From Escherichia coli (GTDB taxonomy: Bacteria > Pseudomonadota > Gammaproteobacteria > Enterobacterales > Enterobacteriaceae), in the NCBI RefSeq assembly GCF_045037415.1, contig NZ_CP173438.1: a stretch of DNA of 64,000 bases. One strand, given 5' to 3'. The position numbers were made by a program, and so were the translations under genes. Positions 1-11,415 of the stretch are shown piece after piece (position 1 is the stretch's first letter; every line of letters starts with the position of its first letter). The notes beneath the pieces were generated by a model. That model searched no databases. It had not been told where the DNA came from and saw only the letters and a list, made by a program, of their open reading frames with translations.

Positions 1-550
1 CAAAATTGCCGGGATGATAATCACACCCAGCATCCAGCGCCATGCACCGGTGTAGCTGAAGGCGGTATCAGAAAGATAAGCACCGAGGATCCCAATAGTG
101 ATCATCAACTGATACATCGAGATCATACTGCCGCGAATTTTTTCCGGCGCAATTTCTGACAGGTACAGTGGTGCGGTATAAGAAGCCACACCCACCGCCA
201 GCCCCAGCAGAACGCGGGAAAGAATCAGTACTTCAACGTTTGGCGCAGCCGCAGAGAACAGTGAACCGGCAACAAACAGGATTGCGCCGATCATCAGGCT
301 CTTTTTGCGCCCGAGTTTAAAGGAGAGCCAGCCGCTGCCCACCGCACCGACTGCCGCACCGAACATCATGGAGCTTACGACCCATTCTTGCGTGTGCGAA
401 GTAATCTGGAATTCATCTGCAATAAACGGCAGTGCGCCAGCAATTACACCGATATCCAGGCCAAAGAGTAATCCCGCCAGAGCAGCAAGGAAGCAGACGA
501 AAAACGTCATTGCCTTGTTTGACCGCCCCTGTTTTTTAGCGTCAGGCATG
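1..550 (-). CDS. galP: Galactose:H+ symporter GalP, N-terminal part; gene continues past the window start
   Basis: Minus-strand ATG at 550 translates [42 protein letters not shown]..., an MFS sugar-porter N-terminus. No stop before the window edge, so it is missing from the ORF track. Confidence 0.88.
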
Positions 551-932
551 ATGCCCTCCAATATGGTTATTTTTTATTGTGAATTAAGATAGGTGAGTAC
601 GACGTAAAAAGATGTGAAGCAAATCACATCAGTGTAATCGCTTACACTAACATTTATCTTAGTTATGATTTAAGTACATGAAAATAATTGAGTTATATCA
701 TCATAGATTAAACGCTGTTATCTGCAATTAAGACTTTACTGAAAAGAAATGTAACAACTGTGAAAGCTGAATAATAATATGAAAATATTACAAATATTTG
801 GCTGGCGTGGTTGGTGTAATCGGTTTCAGTAGCGATGATAATTTGCGGTAAAACGTGTTCAGGAAGAATGATGTTATTGTGCGGGCAGCTTTTTGCCGGA
901 TGCGGCATGAACGCCTATCCACCGCGGTGAGG

Positions 933-962
933 TAAAAGAAAAAGGCCAGCGCGAGGCTGGCC
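933..962 (-). terminator. Rho-independent terminator downstream of metK
   Basis: GC hairpin ggccagcgcgaggctggcc with an adjacent A-run on the plus strand (T-run on the minus strand), just 3' of the metK stop. Confidence 0.6.
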
Positions 963-984
963 TTTAAAAGCAGGTGAAGAAAAA

Positions 985-2139
985 TTACTTCAGACCGGCA
1001 GCATCGCGCAGCAGCTGCGCTTTGTCGGTTTTTTCCCACGGGAAATGTTCGCGACCAAAGTGACCGTATGCTGCGGTTTCTTTGTAGATTGGGTGCAGCA
1101 GATCCAGCATCTGAATCAGACCGTATGGACGCAGGTCAAAGAACTCACGTACCAGCAGAGTCAGTTGTTCAGAAGGCACTTTCTCGGTACCGAAAGTTTC
1201 CACCATGATAGAGGTCGGTTCAGCCACGCCGATTGCGTAGGAAACCTGAATTTCACAACGATCGGCCAGGCCAGCAGCAACGATGTTTTTCGCGACATAA
1301 CGTGCTGCGTACGCTGCGGAACGGTCCACTTTTGATGGATCTTTACCAGAGAATGCACCACCACCGTGACGTGCCATGCCGCCGTAGGTATCAACGATGA
1401 TTTTACGACCAGTCAGACCGCAGTCACCCATCGGGCCACCGATAACAAAACGACCGGTCGGGTTGATGAAGAATTTGGTGGCAGAAGTCAGCCATTCAGC
1501 GGGCAGAATCGGCTTGATGATCTCTTCCATTACCGCTTCTTGCAGCGATTTCTGGTCGATTTCTTCAGAGTGCTGAGTGGAAAGCACGACAGCATCGATA
1601 CCAACGATTTTGCCGTCGTCATACTGGAAAGTCACCTGGCTTTTCGCGTCCGGGCGCAGCCACGGCAGAGTGCCGTTTTTACGCACTTCAGCCTGACGCT
1701 GTACCAGACGGTGTGCATAGGTGATAGGCGCTGGCATCAGCACGTCGGTTTCATTGGTTGCGTAGCCAAACATCAGACCCTGGTCACCCGCGCCCTGTTC
1801 CAGCGGATCGGCACGGTCAACGCCCTGGTTGATGTCAGGAGACTGTTTGCCGATGGCGCTCAGAACCGCACAGGAGTTAGCGTCAAAGCCCATGTCGGAA
1901 TGTACATAGCCAATTTCGCGAACGGTGTTACGGGTGATCTCTTCGATGTCTACCCAGGCGCTGGTGGTGATTTCGCCGCCAACTAAAACCATGCCGGTTT
2001 TTACGTAGGTTTCGCAAGCAACGCGTGCTTTCGGATCCTGTTCGAGGATCGCGTCTAAAACGGCATCAGAGATTTGGTCAGCAATTTTGTCAGGATGCCC
2101 TTCAGAGACGGACTCGGACGTAAAAAGGTGTTTTGCCAT
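985..2139 (-). CDS. metK: S-adenosylmethionine synthetase
   Basis: ORF 985..2151; start taken at [22 protein letters not shown]; 384 aa with the GGGAFSGKD motif. Confidence 0.96.
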
Positions 2140-2179
2140 ATTTAATATCACCTAAAGAGAATTTGGTTAGCTCAAACTG

Positions 2180-2446
2180 TTGTGTGGATTTTCTGTGGTA
2201 GCGGATCCTACCACGACTCTGCAGGTTAAAAACACTGGCAGTCTGAGTGTTAATCGGTATGGATGGATTAACATCTGGATGGCTATTTTAGGTCAGTTCT
2301 TCACCCAATTTCCACTTTTTTTTGAATCGTGTCTCATTCTGTTAAAAACGTGGCTGGAAATTTTTCCTGACAATGCTGGCATTCTGCGTATTTATCTTTT
2401 GCAATTTTCTGCCATTGTGGGGTATAAAACGCGGCGCGCGGCTTAA
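2180..2446 (+). CDS. Small hypothetical protein, possibly yqgD-like
   Basis: 88-aa ORF between metK and speA. Position and size resemble the K-12 small gene yqgD; no domain recognised. Confidence 0.3.
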   Translation: MCGFSVVADPTTTLQVKNTGSLSVNRYGWINIWMAILGQFFTQFPLFFESCLILLKTWLEIFPDNAGILRIYLLQFSAIVGYKTRRAA

Positions 2447-2658
2447 ATAAAAAGCACACGACGTTTCTTTCGTGTTGCCACTTCCAGCCGGGTTGAAAAC
2501 AGAGTTTTGGCTTGTGGGTTCGTCTTAACAGGCGGCCGTGGAGGTGATACGAAATAATGAACCGTTGTCTGCTGCTTAACCTGTCTCACCGTTCTGGTGA
2601 AGATTCGTTCCCCGCACTCTGCATCTCTGCTTTGCATACCTGCCGATGTTATACCCAT
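2443..2658 (-). CDS. Small hypothetical protein, possibly yqgC-like
   Basis: 71-aa ORF; length and position match my memory of K-12 yqgC; weak coding evidence. Confidence 0.3.
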   Translation of the reverse strand: MGITSAGMQSRDAECGERIFTRTVRQVKQQTTVHYFVSPPRPPVKTNPQAKTLFSTRLEVATRKKRRVLFI

Positions 2659-2793
2659 CTCGGCGCTTCTCAGGATTCAAGAGCTGGTTACAGCTACTGA
2701 GGACTGAACAAGGGCGCTCTTGTAAAAACAAGAGTTTTCTCGTGGTTTCGCCGAACTGTCACACTTACGTTCGGTTATGTGCTTAATAATGTT

Positions 2794-2925
2794 ATGAAAA
2801 AGAAACCGGTTGCGCAGTTGGAGCGTCAGCATTCACTGCTGGAAAATCCATGTGCTTATGGGTTGTTATCGCAGTTCCAGGCTGCGATAGTCGTTAACTG
2901 TTTTACACTTAATAAAATAATTTGA
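2794..2925 (+). CDS. yqgB: Small protein YqgB (43 aa) immediately upstream of speA
   Basis: ATG at 2794; translation [43 protein letters not shown]; stop 8 bp before the speA start. Confidence 0.6.
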
Positions 2926-2933
2926 GGTTCGCT

Positions 2934-4910
2934 ATGTCTGACGACATGTCTATGGGTTTGCCTTCGTCAGCGGGCGAACACGGTGTACTACGCTCCATGC
3001 AGGAGGTTGCAATGAGCTCCCAGGAAGCCAGCAAGATGCTGCGTACTTACAATATTGCCTGGTGGGGCAATAACTACTATGACGTTAACGAGCTGGGCCA
3101 CATCAGCGTGTGCCCGGACCCGGACGTCCCGGAAGCTCGCGTCGATCTCGCGCAGTTAGTGAAAACTCGTGAAGCACAGGGCCAGCGTCTGCCTGCACTG
3201 TTCTGTTTCCCGCAGATCCTGCAGCACCGTTTGCGTTCTATTAACGCCGCGTTCAAACGTGCGCGGGAATCCTACGGCTATAACGGCGATTACTTCCTCG
3301 TTTATCCGATCAAAGTTAACCAGCACCGCCGCGTGATTGAGTCCCTGATTCATTCGGGCGAACCGCTGGGCCTGGAAGCCGGTTCCAAAGCTGAGTTGAT
3401 GGCGGTGCTGGCACATGCTGGCATGACCCGTAGCGTCATCGTCTGCAACGGTTATAAGGACCGCGAATATATCCGTCTGGCATTAATTGGCGAGAAGATG
3501 GGCCACAAGGTCTATCTGGTCATTGAGAAGATGTCAGAAATTGCCATTGTGCTGGATGAAGCAGAACGTCTGAATGTCGTTCCTCGTCTGGGCGTGCGTG
3601 CACGTCTGGCTTCGCAGGGCTCCGGTAAATGGCAGTCCTCCGGCGGGGAAAAATCGAAGTTCGGCCTGGCGGCGACTCAGGTACTGCAACTGGTTGAAAC
3701 CCTGCGTGAAGCCGGGCGTCTCGACAGCCTGCAACTGCTGCACTTCCACCTCGGTTCGCAGATGGCGAATATTCGCGATATCGCGACAGGCGTTCGTGAA
3801 TCCGCGCGTTTCTATGTTGAGCTGCACAAGCTGGGCGTCAATATTCAGTGCTTCGACGTCGGCGGCGGTCTGGGCGTGGACTATGAAGGCACCCGTTCGC
3901 AGTCCGACTGTTCGGTGAACTACGGCCTCAATGAATACGCCAACAACATCATCTGGGCGATTGGTGATGCGTGTGAAGAAAATGGTCTGCCACATCCGAC
4001 GGTAATCACCGAATCGGGTCGTGCGGTGACTGCGCATCACACCGTGCTGGTGTCGAATATCATCGGCGTGGAACGTAACGAATACACGGTGCCGACCGCG
4101 CCTGCAGAAGACGCACCGCGCGCCCTGCAAAGCATGTGGGAAACCTGGCAGGAAATGCACGAACCGGGAACTCGCCGTTCTCTGCGTGAATGGTTACACG
4201 ACAGCCAGATGGATCTGCACGATATTCATATCGGCTACTCTTCCGGCACCTTTAGCCTGCAAGAACGCGCATGGGCTGAGCAGCTTTATTTGAGCATGTG
4301 CCATGAAGTGCAAAAGCAGCTGGATCCGCAAAACCGTGCTCATCGTCCGATTATCGACGAGCTGCAGGAACGTATGGCGGACAAAATGTACGTCAACTTC
4401 TCGCTGTTCCAGTCGATGCCGGATGCGTGGGGGATCGACCAGTTGTTCCCGGTTCTGCCGCTGGAAGGGCTGGATCAAGTGCCGGAACGCCGCGCTGTGC
4501 TGTTGGATATTACCTGTGACTCAGACGGTGCTATCGACCACTATATTGATGGTGACGGTATTGCCACGACAATGCCTATGCCGGAGTACGATCCGGAGAA
4601 TCCGCCGATGCTCGGTTTCTTTATGGTCGGCGCATATCAGGAGATCCTTGGCAACATGCACAACCTGTTCGGTGATACCGAAGCGGTTGACGTGTTCGTC
4701 TTCCCTGATGGTAGCGTAGAGGTAGAACTGTCTGACGAAGGCGATACCGTGGCGGACATGCTGCAATATGTGCAGCTCGATCCGAAAACGCTGTTAACTC
4801 AGTTCCGCGATCAGGTGAAGAAAACCGATCTTGATGCTGAACTGCAACAACAGTTCCTTGAAGAGTTCGAGGCAGGTTTGTACGGTTATACCTATCTTGA
4901 AGATGAATAA
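2934..4910 (+). CDS. speA: Biosynthetic arginine decarboxylase (PLP-dependent)
   Basis: 658-aa frame from [49 protein letters not shown]; the ORF track starts 4 codons upstream. Confidence 0.95.
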
Positions 4911-4927
4911 TTAAGATTATTCCGCTG

Positions 4928-4969
4928 GCGGGGCGATTTATTTACGTAAATCGGCCCGCTTTCTTTTTA
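4928..4969 (+). terminator. Rho-independent terminator after speA
   Basis: Hairpin gggcgatttatttacgtaaatcggccc followed by tttcttttt. Confidence 0.55.
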
Positions 4970-5055
4970 TATATTCTTAAAAATAATTTAGCTGCTTTTC
5001 TTATTAAATAATCTCCCTACAATCGCTGCATTAATTAAATGCAGAGGGAACGGTT

Positions 5056-5787
5056 ATGAAAAAATGGAAATTACGTAGCGCGTTGATAGCATTAGCCGTG
5101 CTGCTGGCCGGTTGTTCCAGTAATGCGCAGTATAATAGCAGTGCATCGGGTAATGTCGGCACCGCCTGGGGTGGGGATGTGCACTCAACGGTTCAGGGCG
5201 TATCTGCTGAACGAGCCTGGCGCGATCCGGCAGAGATGATCGTTATTAGTTATTCGACTAATGTTCCTTCCGGCTACGACCGCGTTTATAGTATTCGTAT
5301 TAACGAACTGGAATATGCTATTCGCGATGGTAATTTTAATTCTCTACCTATTACGCGGGTTTATGATTCATCCAATAATGAACCACGCTATATTGTCCAT
5401 GCCAGAATCGGAATGAATTATCAATTATATATCCGTAATTACAGTCGTAACACCAACTACGAGATCGTTGCTACGGTTGATGGCCTGGATGTGCTGAACG
5501 GCAAGCAAGGTTCGCTGAATAACAACGGTTATATTGTGAATGCCGGAGATTCGTTAGCGATTAAAGGATTCCGCAAAGATAAACATACCGAAGCGGCTTT
5601 TCAGTTCGCCAACGTTGCTGATTCCTACGCAGCCAATTCGGCGCAAGGCGATGTGCATAATACCGGTGTAATCGGCTTTGCCGCCTTTGAATTACAAGGC
5701 CCGGCGCAAAACGCGCTGCCGCCGTGCTCTGGACAAGCGTTTCCGGCAGATAACAATGGCTATGCGCCACCACCGTGTCGGAAATAG
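5056..5787 (+). CDS. Hypothetical lipoprotein (243 aa), no recognised domain
   Basis: Signal peptide with lipobox LLAG|C (MKKWKLRSALIALAVLLAGCSS); Asn/Tyr-rich; about 36% GC in the sampled coding stretch; own RBS and terminator. Confidence 0.65.
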   Translation: MKKWKLRSALIALAVLLAGCSSNAQYNSSASGNVGTAWGGDVHSTVQGVSAERAWRDPAEMIVISYSTNVPSGYDRVYSIRINELEYAIRDGNFNSLPITRVYDSSNNEPRYIVHARIGMNYQLYIRNYSRNTNYEIVATVDGLDVLNGKQGSLNNNGYIVNAGDSLAIKGFRKDKHTEAAFQFANVADSYAANSAQGDVHNTGVIGFAAFELQGPAQNALPPCSGQAFPADNNGYAPPPCRK

Positions 5788-5854
5788 CAACCTCGCTTGA
5801 TGCCTCGCCCATTTAAGGCGATAATTAGCACAAACTTGTGTTTCGCAAATCCAA

Positions 5855-5894
5855 CCCTTCCTCGTCGGGCCTAACGACGCGGAAGGGTTTTTTT
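5855..5894 (+). terminator. Rho-independent terminator after the lipoprotein gene
   Basis: Hairpin cccttcctcgtcgggcctaacgacgcggaaggg followed by ttttttt. Confidence 0.6.
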
Positions 5895-5922
5895 ATATCG
5901 ACTTTGTAAAAGGAGTCCATCC

Positions 5923-6843
5923 ATGAGCACCTTAGGTCATCAATACGATAACTCACTGGTTTCCAACGCCTTTGGTTTTTTACGCCTGCCGATGAACTTC
6001 CAGCCGTATGACAGCGATGCTGACTGGGTGATTACTGGCGTGCCGTTCGATATGGCCACTTCTGGTCGTGCGGGTGGTCGTCACGGTCCGGCAGCGATCC
6101 GTCAGGTTTCGACGAATCTGGCCTGGGAACACAACCGCTTCCCGTGGAATTTCGACATGCGTGAGCGCCTGAACGTCGTGGACTGCGGTGATCTGGTATA
6201 TGCCTTCGGCGATGCCCGTGAGATGAGCGAGAAGCTGCAGGCGCACGCCGAGAAGCTGCTGGCTGCCGGTAAGCGTATGCTCTCCTTCGGTGGTGACCAC
6301 TTTGTTACGCTGCCGCTGCTGCGCGCTCATGCGAAGCATTTCGGCAAAATGGCGTTGGTACACTTTGACGCCCACACCGATACCTATGCGAACGGTTGTG
6401 AATTTGACCACGGCACCATGTTCTATACCGCGCCGAAAGAAGGTCTGATCGACCCGAATCATTCCGTGCAGATTGGTATTCGTACCGAGTTTGATAAAGA
6501 CAACGGCTTTACCGTGCTGGACGCCTGCCAGGTGAACGATCGCAGCGTGGATGACATTATCGCCCAGGTGAAACAGATTGTGGGTGATATGCCGGTTTAC
6601 CTGACCTTTGATATCGACTGCCTGGATCCTGCTTTTGCACCAGGCACCGGTACGCCGGTAATTGGCGGCCTGACCTCCGATCGCGCCATTAAACTGGTAC
6701 GCGGCCTGAAAGATCTCAACATCGTTGGGATGGACGTAGTGGAAGTGGCTCCGGCATACGATCAGTCGGAAATCACCGCTCTGGCTGCGGCGACGCTGGC
6801 GCTGGAGATGCTGTATATTCAGGCGGCGAAAAAGGGCGAGTAA
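5923..6843 (+). CDS. speB: Agmatinase (agmatine ureohydrolase)
   Basis: 306 aa, [32 protein letters not shown]...; arginase-family motifs GGDHFVT and DAHTD. Confidence 0.95.
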   Translation: MSTLGHQYDNSLVSNAFGFLRLPMNFQPYDSDADWVITGVPFDMATSGRAGGRHGPAAIRQVSTNLAWEHNRFPWNFDMRERLNVVDCGDLVYAFGDAREMSEKLQAHAEKLLAAGKRMLSFGGDHFVTLPLLRAHAKHFGKMALVHFDAHTDTYANGCEFDHGTMFYTAPKEGLIDPNHSVQIGIRTEFDKDNGFTVLDACQVNDRSVDDIIAQVKQIVGDMPVYLTFDIDCLDPAFAPGTGTPVIGGLTSDRAIKLVRGLKDLNIVGMDVVEVAPAYDQSEITALAAATLALEMLYIQAAKKGE

Positions 6844-6874
6844 GCGCCAGATAAGAGGCGCACGGGTGATGTGT

Positions 6875-7265
<391 letters not shown>

Positions 7266-7272
7266 CCATGCC

Positions 7273-8031
7273 TTACTTAACTCCATCCGCGCTCATACGA
7301 TCGCGAATATGTTGGGCGCGTTCGGCGGATGCTGGGTGGTCGTCAAACATTGAACTTTGGCGACCTTCTTCCAGTTTAGCCAGTTTTTCAAAGCTGGTGG
7401 CAAGGCCAGCCGGACTGATGCCGCGTTGGCGCAGCAAATCGTAGGAGTAATCATCGGCCTCTGCTTCCTGGCGCTGGGAGAATTGCGAATTGACTAGCTT
7501 TTCGCCCAGGTCTCCTAGTTGTGATTGTGACAAACTGCCGACAATTCCGCCTGCAGAGGCCGCCGCAACGCGAATTGCGTTTGTACCAAGTGCTACCTGC
7601 ATTCCTTTCTTCACATGGCCTAATGCCACGTGCCCCATTTCGTGACCGAGCACCGCTTCGACTTCGTTATCCGTCATCATATCCATCAGCCCGCTATAGA
7701 CGCGGATACAGCCGTTAGCCATTGCAAAGGCGTTCACATCCTTCGCCATATACACTTTGTAATTCACCGGCTGACCATTGATGTTATCGCCTAACGCGCG
7801 AGAAATTGTCGTCAGACGTTTAGCGTATTCGCTATTGGCTGGCGCAATCGTCGCCTTGCTGTCCATATCCTGACATGCCTGATCGCTCAGGGTTTTCACC
7901 TGCGCATCACTCAAACTGTAAGCCTGAAAAGCTTCCGCTCCTGATGAGAGCAGTCCACTGGAGTCCATATTCTGGCAACCAGTCAGTACCGTTGCCACGC
8001 TCATTGCTACCAATAAGGCGCGAATTTTCAT
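7273..8031 (-). CDS. loiP: Outer-membrane metalloprotease LoiP (M48 family lipoprotein)
   Basis: Start at MKIRALLVAMSVATVLTGC (lipobox); HEMGH zinc motif; 252 aa. The ORF track extends spuriously upstream to 8250. Confidence 0.92.
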   Translation of the reverse strand: MKIRALLVAMSVATVLTGCQNMDSSGLLSSGAEAFQAYSLSDAQVKTLSDQACQDMDSKATIAPANSEYAKRLTTISRALGDNINGQPVNYKVYMAKDVNAFAMANGCIRVYSGLMDMMTDNEVEAVLGHEMGHVALGHVKKGMQVALGTNAIRVAAASAGGIVGSLSQSQLGDLGEKLVNSQFSQRQEAEADDYSYDLLRQRGISPAGLATSFEKLAKLEEGRQSSMFDDHPASAERAQHIRDRMSADGVK

Positions 8032-8308
8032 GTTTTCTCTTCCGCACAAGGTCAGGATTATTCTAAAAATGCGCCATCTGCAGGTGAATTGACGCTCAAT
8101 CGAAGTATAAGGAAAAGTGCAGTGGACCGGCGAGTAGATTGCGCAACATGCGAGCATGATCCAGAGATTTCTGAAGCGGCAAAAGGATGTTCCATGTACA
8201 TGACGCGCGGCTTGCGGTAAATTGTTGGCAAATTTTCCGGCGTAGCCCAAAACGCGCTGTCGTCAAGTCGTTAAGGGCGTGCCCTTCATCATCCGATCTG
8301 GAGTCAAA

Positions 8309-10300
8309 ATGTCCTCACGTAAAGAGCTTGCCAATGCTATTCGTGCGCTGAGCATGGACGCAGTACAGAAAGCCAAATCCGGTCACCCGGGTGCCCCTAT
8401 GGGTATGGCTGACATTGCCGAAGTCCTGTGGCGTGATTTCCTGAAACACAACCCGCAGAATCCGTCCTGGGCTGACCGTGACCGCTTCGTGCTGTCCAAC
8501 GGCCACGGCTCCATGCTGATCTACAGCCTGCTGCACCTCACCGGTTACGATCTGCCGATGGAAGAACTGAAAAACTTCCGTCAGCTGCACTCTAAAACTC
8601 CGGGCCACCCGGAAGTGGGTTACACCGCAGGTGTAGAAACCACCACCGGTCCGCTGGGTCAGGGTATTGCCAACGCAGTCGGTATGGCGATTGCAGAAAA
8701 AACGCTGGCGGCGCAGTTTAACCGTCCGGGCCACGACATCGTCGACCACTACACCTACGCCTTCATGGGCGACGGCTGCATGATGGAAGGCATCTCCCAC
8801 GAAGTTTGCTCTCTGGCGGGTACGCTGAAGCTGGGTAAACTGATTGCGTTCTACGATGACAACGGTATTTCTATCGATGGTCACGTTGAAGGCTGGTTTA
8901 CCGACGACACCGCAATGCGTTTCGAAGCTTACGGCTGGCACGTTATTCGCGACATCGACGGTCATGACGCGGCATCCATCAAACGCGCAGTAGAAGAAGC
9001 GCGCGCAGTGACTGACAAACCGTCCCTGCTGATGTGCAAAACCATCATCGGTTTCGGTTCCCCGAACAAAGCCGGTACCCACGACTCCCACGGTGCGCCG
9101 CTGGGCGACGCTGAAATTGCCCTGACCCGCGAACAGCTGGGCTGGAAATACGCGCCGTTCGAAATCCCGTCTGAAATCTATGCTCAGTGGGATGCGAAAG
9201 AAGCAGGCCAGGCGAAAGAGTCCGCATGGAACGAGAAATTCGCTGCTTACGCGAAAGCTTATCCGCAGGAAGCCGCTGAATTTACCCGCCGTATGAAAGG
9301 CGAAATGCCGTCTGACTTCGACGCGAAAGCGAAAGAGTTCATTGCTAAACTGCAGGCTAACCCGGCGAAGATCGCCAGCCGTAAAGCGTCTCAGAATGCT
9401 ATCGAAGCGTTCGGGCCGCTGTTGCCGGAATTCCTCGGCGGTTCTGCAGACCTGGCGCCGTCTAACCTGACCCTGTGGTCTGGTTCTAAAGCAATCAACG
9501 AAGATGCTGCGGGTAACTACATCCACTACGGTGTACGTGAATTCGGTATGACTGCGATTGCCAACGGTATCTCCCTGCACGGTGGTTTCCTGCCGTACAC
9601 CTCCACCTTCCTGATGTTCGTGGAATACGCACGTAACGCCGTACGTATGGCTGCGCTGATGAAACAGCGTCAGGTGATGGTTTACACCCACGACTCCATC
9701 GGTCTGGGCGAAGATGGCCCGACTCACCAGCCGGTAGAGCAGGTCGCTTCTCTGCGCGTGACCCCGAACATGTCTACATGGCGTCCGTGTGACCAGGTTG
9801 AATCCGCGGTAGCGTGGAAATACGGCGTTGAACGTCAGGACGGCCCGACTGCGCTTATCCTCTCCCGTCAGAACCTGGCGCAGCAGGAACGTACTGAAGA
9901 GCAGCTGGCAAACATCGCGCGCGGTGGTTATGTGCTGAAAGACTGTGCTGGTCAGCCGGAACTGATCTTCATCGCGACCGGTTCTGAAGTTGAACTGGCT
10001 GTAGCGGCATACGAAAAATTGACTGCCGAAGGCGTGAAAGCGCGCGTGGTTTCCATGCCGTCTACCGACGCATTCGACAAGCAGGACGCGGCTTACCGTG
10101 AATCCGTACTGCCGAAAGCGGTTACCGCTCGTGTTGCGGTGGAAGCTGGCATTGCTGACTACTGGTACAAGTATGTTGGCCTGAACGGTGCTATCGTCGG
10201 CATGACCACCTTCGGTGAATCTGCTCCGGCAGAGCAGCTGTTTGAAGAGTTCGGCTTCACCGTTGACAACGTTGTTGCGAAAGCAAAAGCGCTGCTGTAA
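8309..10300 (+). CDS. tktA: Transketolase 1
   Basis: 663 aa from [41 protein letters not shown]; thiamine-diphosphate enzyme. Confidence 0.96.
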   Translation: MSSRKELANAIRALSMDAVQKAKSGHPGAPMGMADIAEVLWRDFLKHNPQNPSWADRDRFVLSNGHGSMLIYSLLHLTGYDLPMEELKNFRQLHSKTPGHPEVGYTAGVETTTGPLGQGIANAVGMAIAEKTLAAQFNRPGHDIVDHYTYAFMGDGCMMEGISHEVCSLAGTLKLGKLIAFYDDNGISIDGHVEGWFTDDTAMRFEAYGWHVIRDIDGHDAASIKRAVEEARAVTDKPSLLMCKTIIGFGSPNKAGTHDSHGAPLGDAEIALTREQLGWKYAPFEIPSEIYAQWDAKEAGQAKESAWNEKFAAYAKAYPQEAAEFTRRMKGEMPSDFDAKAKEFIAKLQANPAKIASRKASQNAIEAFGPLLPEFLGGSADLAPSNLTLWSGSKAINEDAAGNYIHYGVREFGMTAIANGISLHGGFLPYTSTFLMFVEYARNAVRMAALMKQRQVMVYTHDSIGLGEDGPTHQPVEQVASLRVTPNMSTWRPCDQVESAVAWKYGVERQDGPTALILSRQNLAQQERTEEQLANIARGGYVLKDCAGQPELIFIATGSEVELAVAAYEKLTAEGVKARVVSMPSTDAFDKQDAAYRESVLPKAVTARVAVEAGIADYWYKYVGLNGAIVGMTTFGESAPAEQLFEEFGFTVDNVVAKAKALL

Positions 10301-10363
10301 TCGGTAAGATGCTTTGTGAGAAGGGCCGCAAATGCGGCCCTTCAGATTGTTGGCAAAGTGCGC

Positions 10364-10457
10364 GTTGTTTATGCCGGATGCGGCGTGAACGCCTTATCCG
10401 TCCTACAAGATTTTGCAAATTCAACATATTGCAGCCTGATAAGCGTAGCGCATCAGG
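10364..10457. repeat. REP palindromic units in the tktA 3' flank
   Basis: gccggatgcggcgtgaacgccttatccgtcctac and gcctgataagcgtagcgcatcaggc palindromes. Confidence 0.8.
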
Positions 10458-10483
10458 CAGTTTTGTCTTTGCTATCAGTCTCA

Positions 10484-10508
10484 AGGGCCGCGAAAGCGGC
10501 CTTTTTTT
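10484..10508 (+). terminator. Rho-independent terminator (tktA side), overlapping the stop codon of the SPFH gene
   Basis: ggccgcgaaagcggcc hairpin followed by ttttttt. Confidence 0.6.
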
Positions 10509-11415
10509 ACTTAGTAGAGATAAACGGAACTGTGCTGCCGGGGATCATGGTATCGGGCAGTTTACCGTCCCAACGCTCAGCAGTGGTGAGGGCAACAAGT
10601 CCGGGATTCTCCCGCAGAGCTTCACCGCGCAGGCGGATAGCTTCTGCTTCAGCCGCACTTTTTAAACGAATAGTTTCAGCCTCTGCCGCGCCTCTTACGC
10701 GAATGGTCTCAGCTTCTGCTTTGGCTGCCGCCAGTTTACTGTCTGCTTCTGCCTGGGCCTGAGTTACTGCTATTTGCGCTTGGATTTTCTCTGTTTCCAG
10801 ATTTTGCTTACGTGTGGCAATGGCGACTTCTGCTTTCATTCGGTCTTCAATCGACTTTTCATAAGCGTCAGAAAAATCAATATTTTCAATCTGGACACCA
10901 TCAATCACCACCGGGCCAACAACGGCTTTACGCATTGCATTTTGCAGATCCTGAACCAGTTTTGTACGATCCTGTACCGCGCTGATGGCGGTATATTGGC
11001 CGAAAACGTTCTCCAGTTGAGTTGGCAACTGACGGACAATCAGACGATCTTTTAATGCTTCAATGGTGTTGTAGGTGGTATAAACCGCGCCTGCTTCTGA
11101 AGGTTTAATGTGGAAGCTGACTGATACCGTCATTTGTGCCGGTTGCTGGTCGCGGCTGTAGGCCTGTAATCCCTGATAGACCACAGCCTGATTACGCGTG
11201 GAAATTTTCTCTACACTTTCCATAAAAGGGATCTTAAAACCCAGCCCCGGCTCGGCAACTTTTACGATTTTTCCGTAGCGCAGCAAAATGCCGCGTTCAC
11301 CTTCATTAACGGTGTAATACGAGAGAAATGGCAGCACAACCACGGCAAGCACGCCAATGGCGATAGCAATAGATTTTTGTGGGCGAAATGAGGTTATTGA
11401 AACAGGTGCTTTCAT
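10507..11415 (-). CDS. SPFH/band-7 (prohibitin/HflC-like) membrane protein, 302 aa
   Basis: N-terminal TM segment (SIAIAIGVLAVVVLPFLSYYTV), band-7 core, C-terminal Ala/Glu-rich repeats (AEAETIRVRGAAEAETIRLKSAAEAEAIRLRGEA). Confidence 0.75.
   Translation of the reverse strand: MKAPVSITSFRPQKSIAIAIGVLAVVVLPFLSYYTVNEGERGILLRYGKIVKVAEPGLGFKIPFMESVEKISTRNQAVVYQGLQAYSRDQQPAQMTVSVSFHIKPSEAGAVYTTYNTIEALKDRLIVRQLPTQLENVFGQYTAISAVQDRTKLVQDLQNAMRKAVVGPVVIDGVQIENIDFSDAYEKSIEDRMKAEVAIATRKQNLETEKIQAQIAVTQAQAEADSKLAAAKAEAETIRVRGAAEAETIRLKSAAEAEAIRLRGEALRENPGLVALTTAERWDGKLPDTMIPGSTVPFISTK

Noticed and set aside
305-592. 95-aa plus-strand ORF at the window start
   Set aside because: It overlaps the galP N-terminal coding region on the opposite strand; galP is strongly supported and this ORF has no features.
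2152-2300. S-box (SAM) riboswitch in the metK leader
   Set aside because: Enterobacterial metK is controlled by the MetJ repressor rather than a riboswitch; only loosely Met-box-like repeats were seen and no S-box core.
8315-9727. 470-aa minus-strand ORF antisense to tktA
   Set aside because: It lies entirely inside the strongly supported tktA coding region, has an Arg/Val-rich low-complexity translation typical of antisense frames in GC-biased genes, and has no homology signal.
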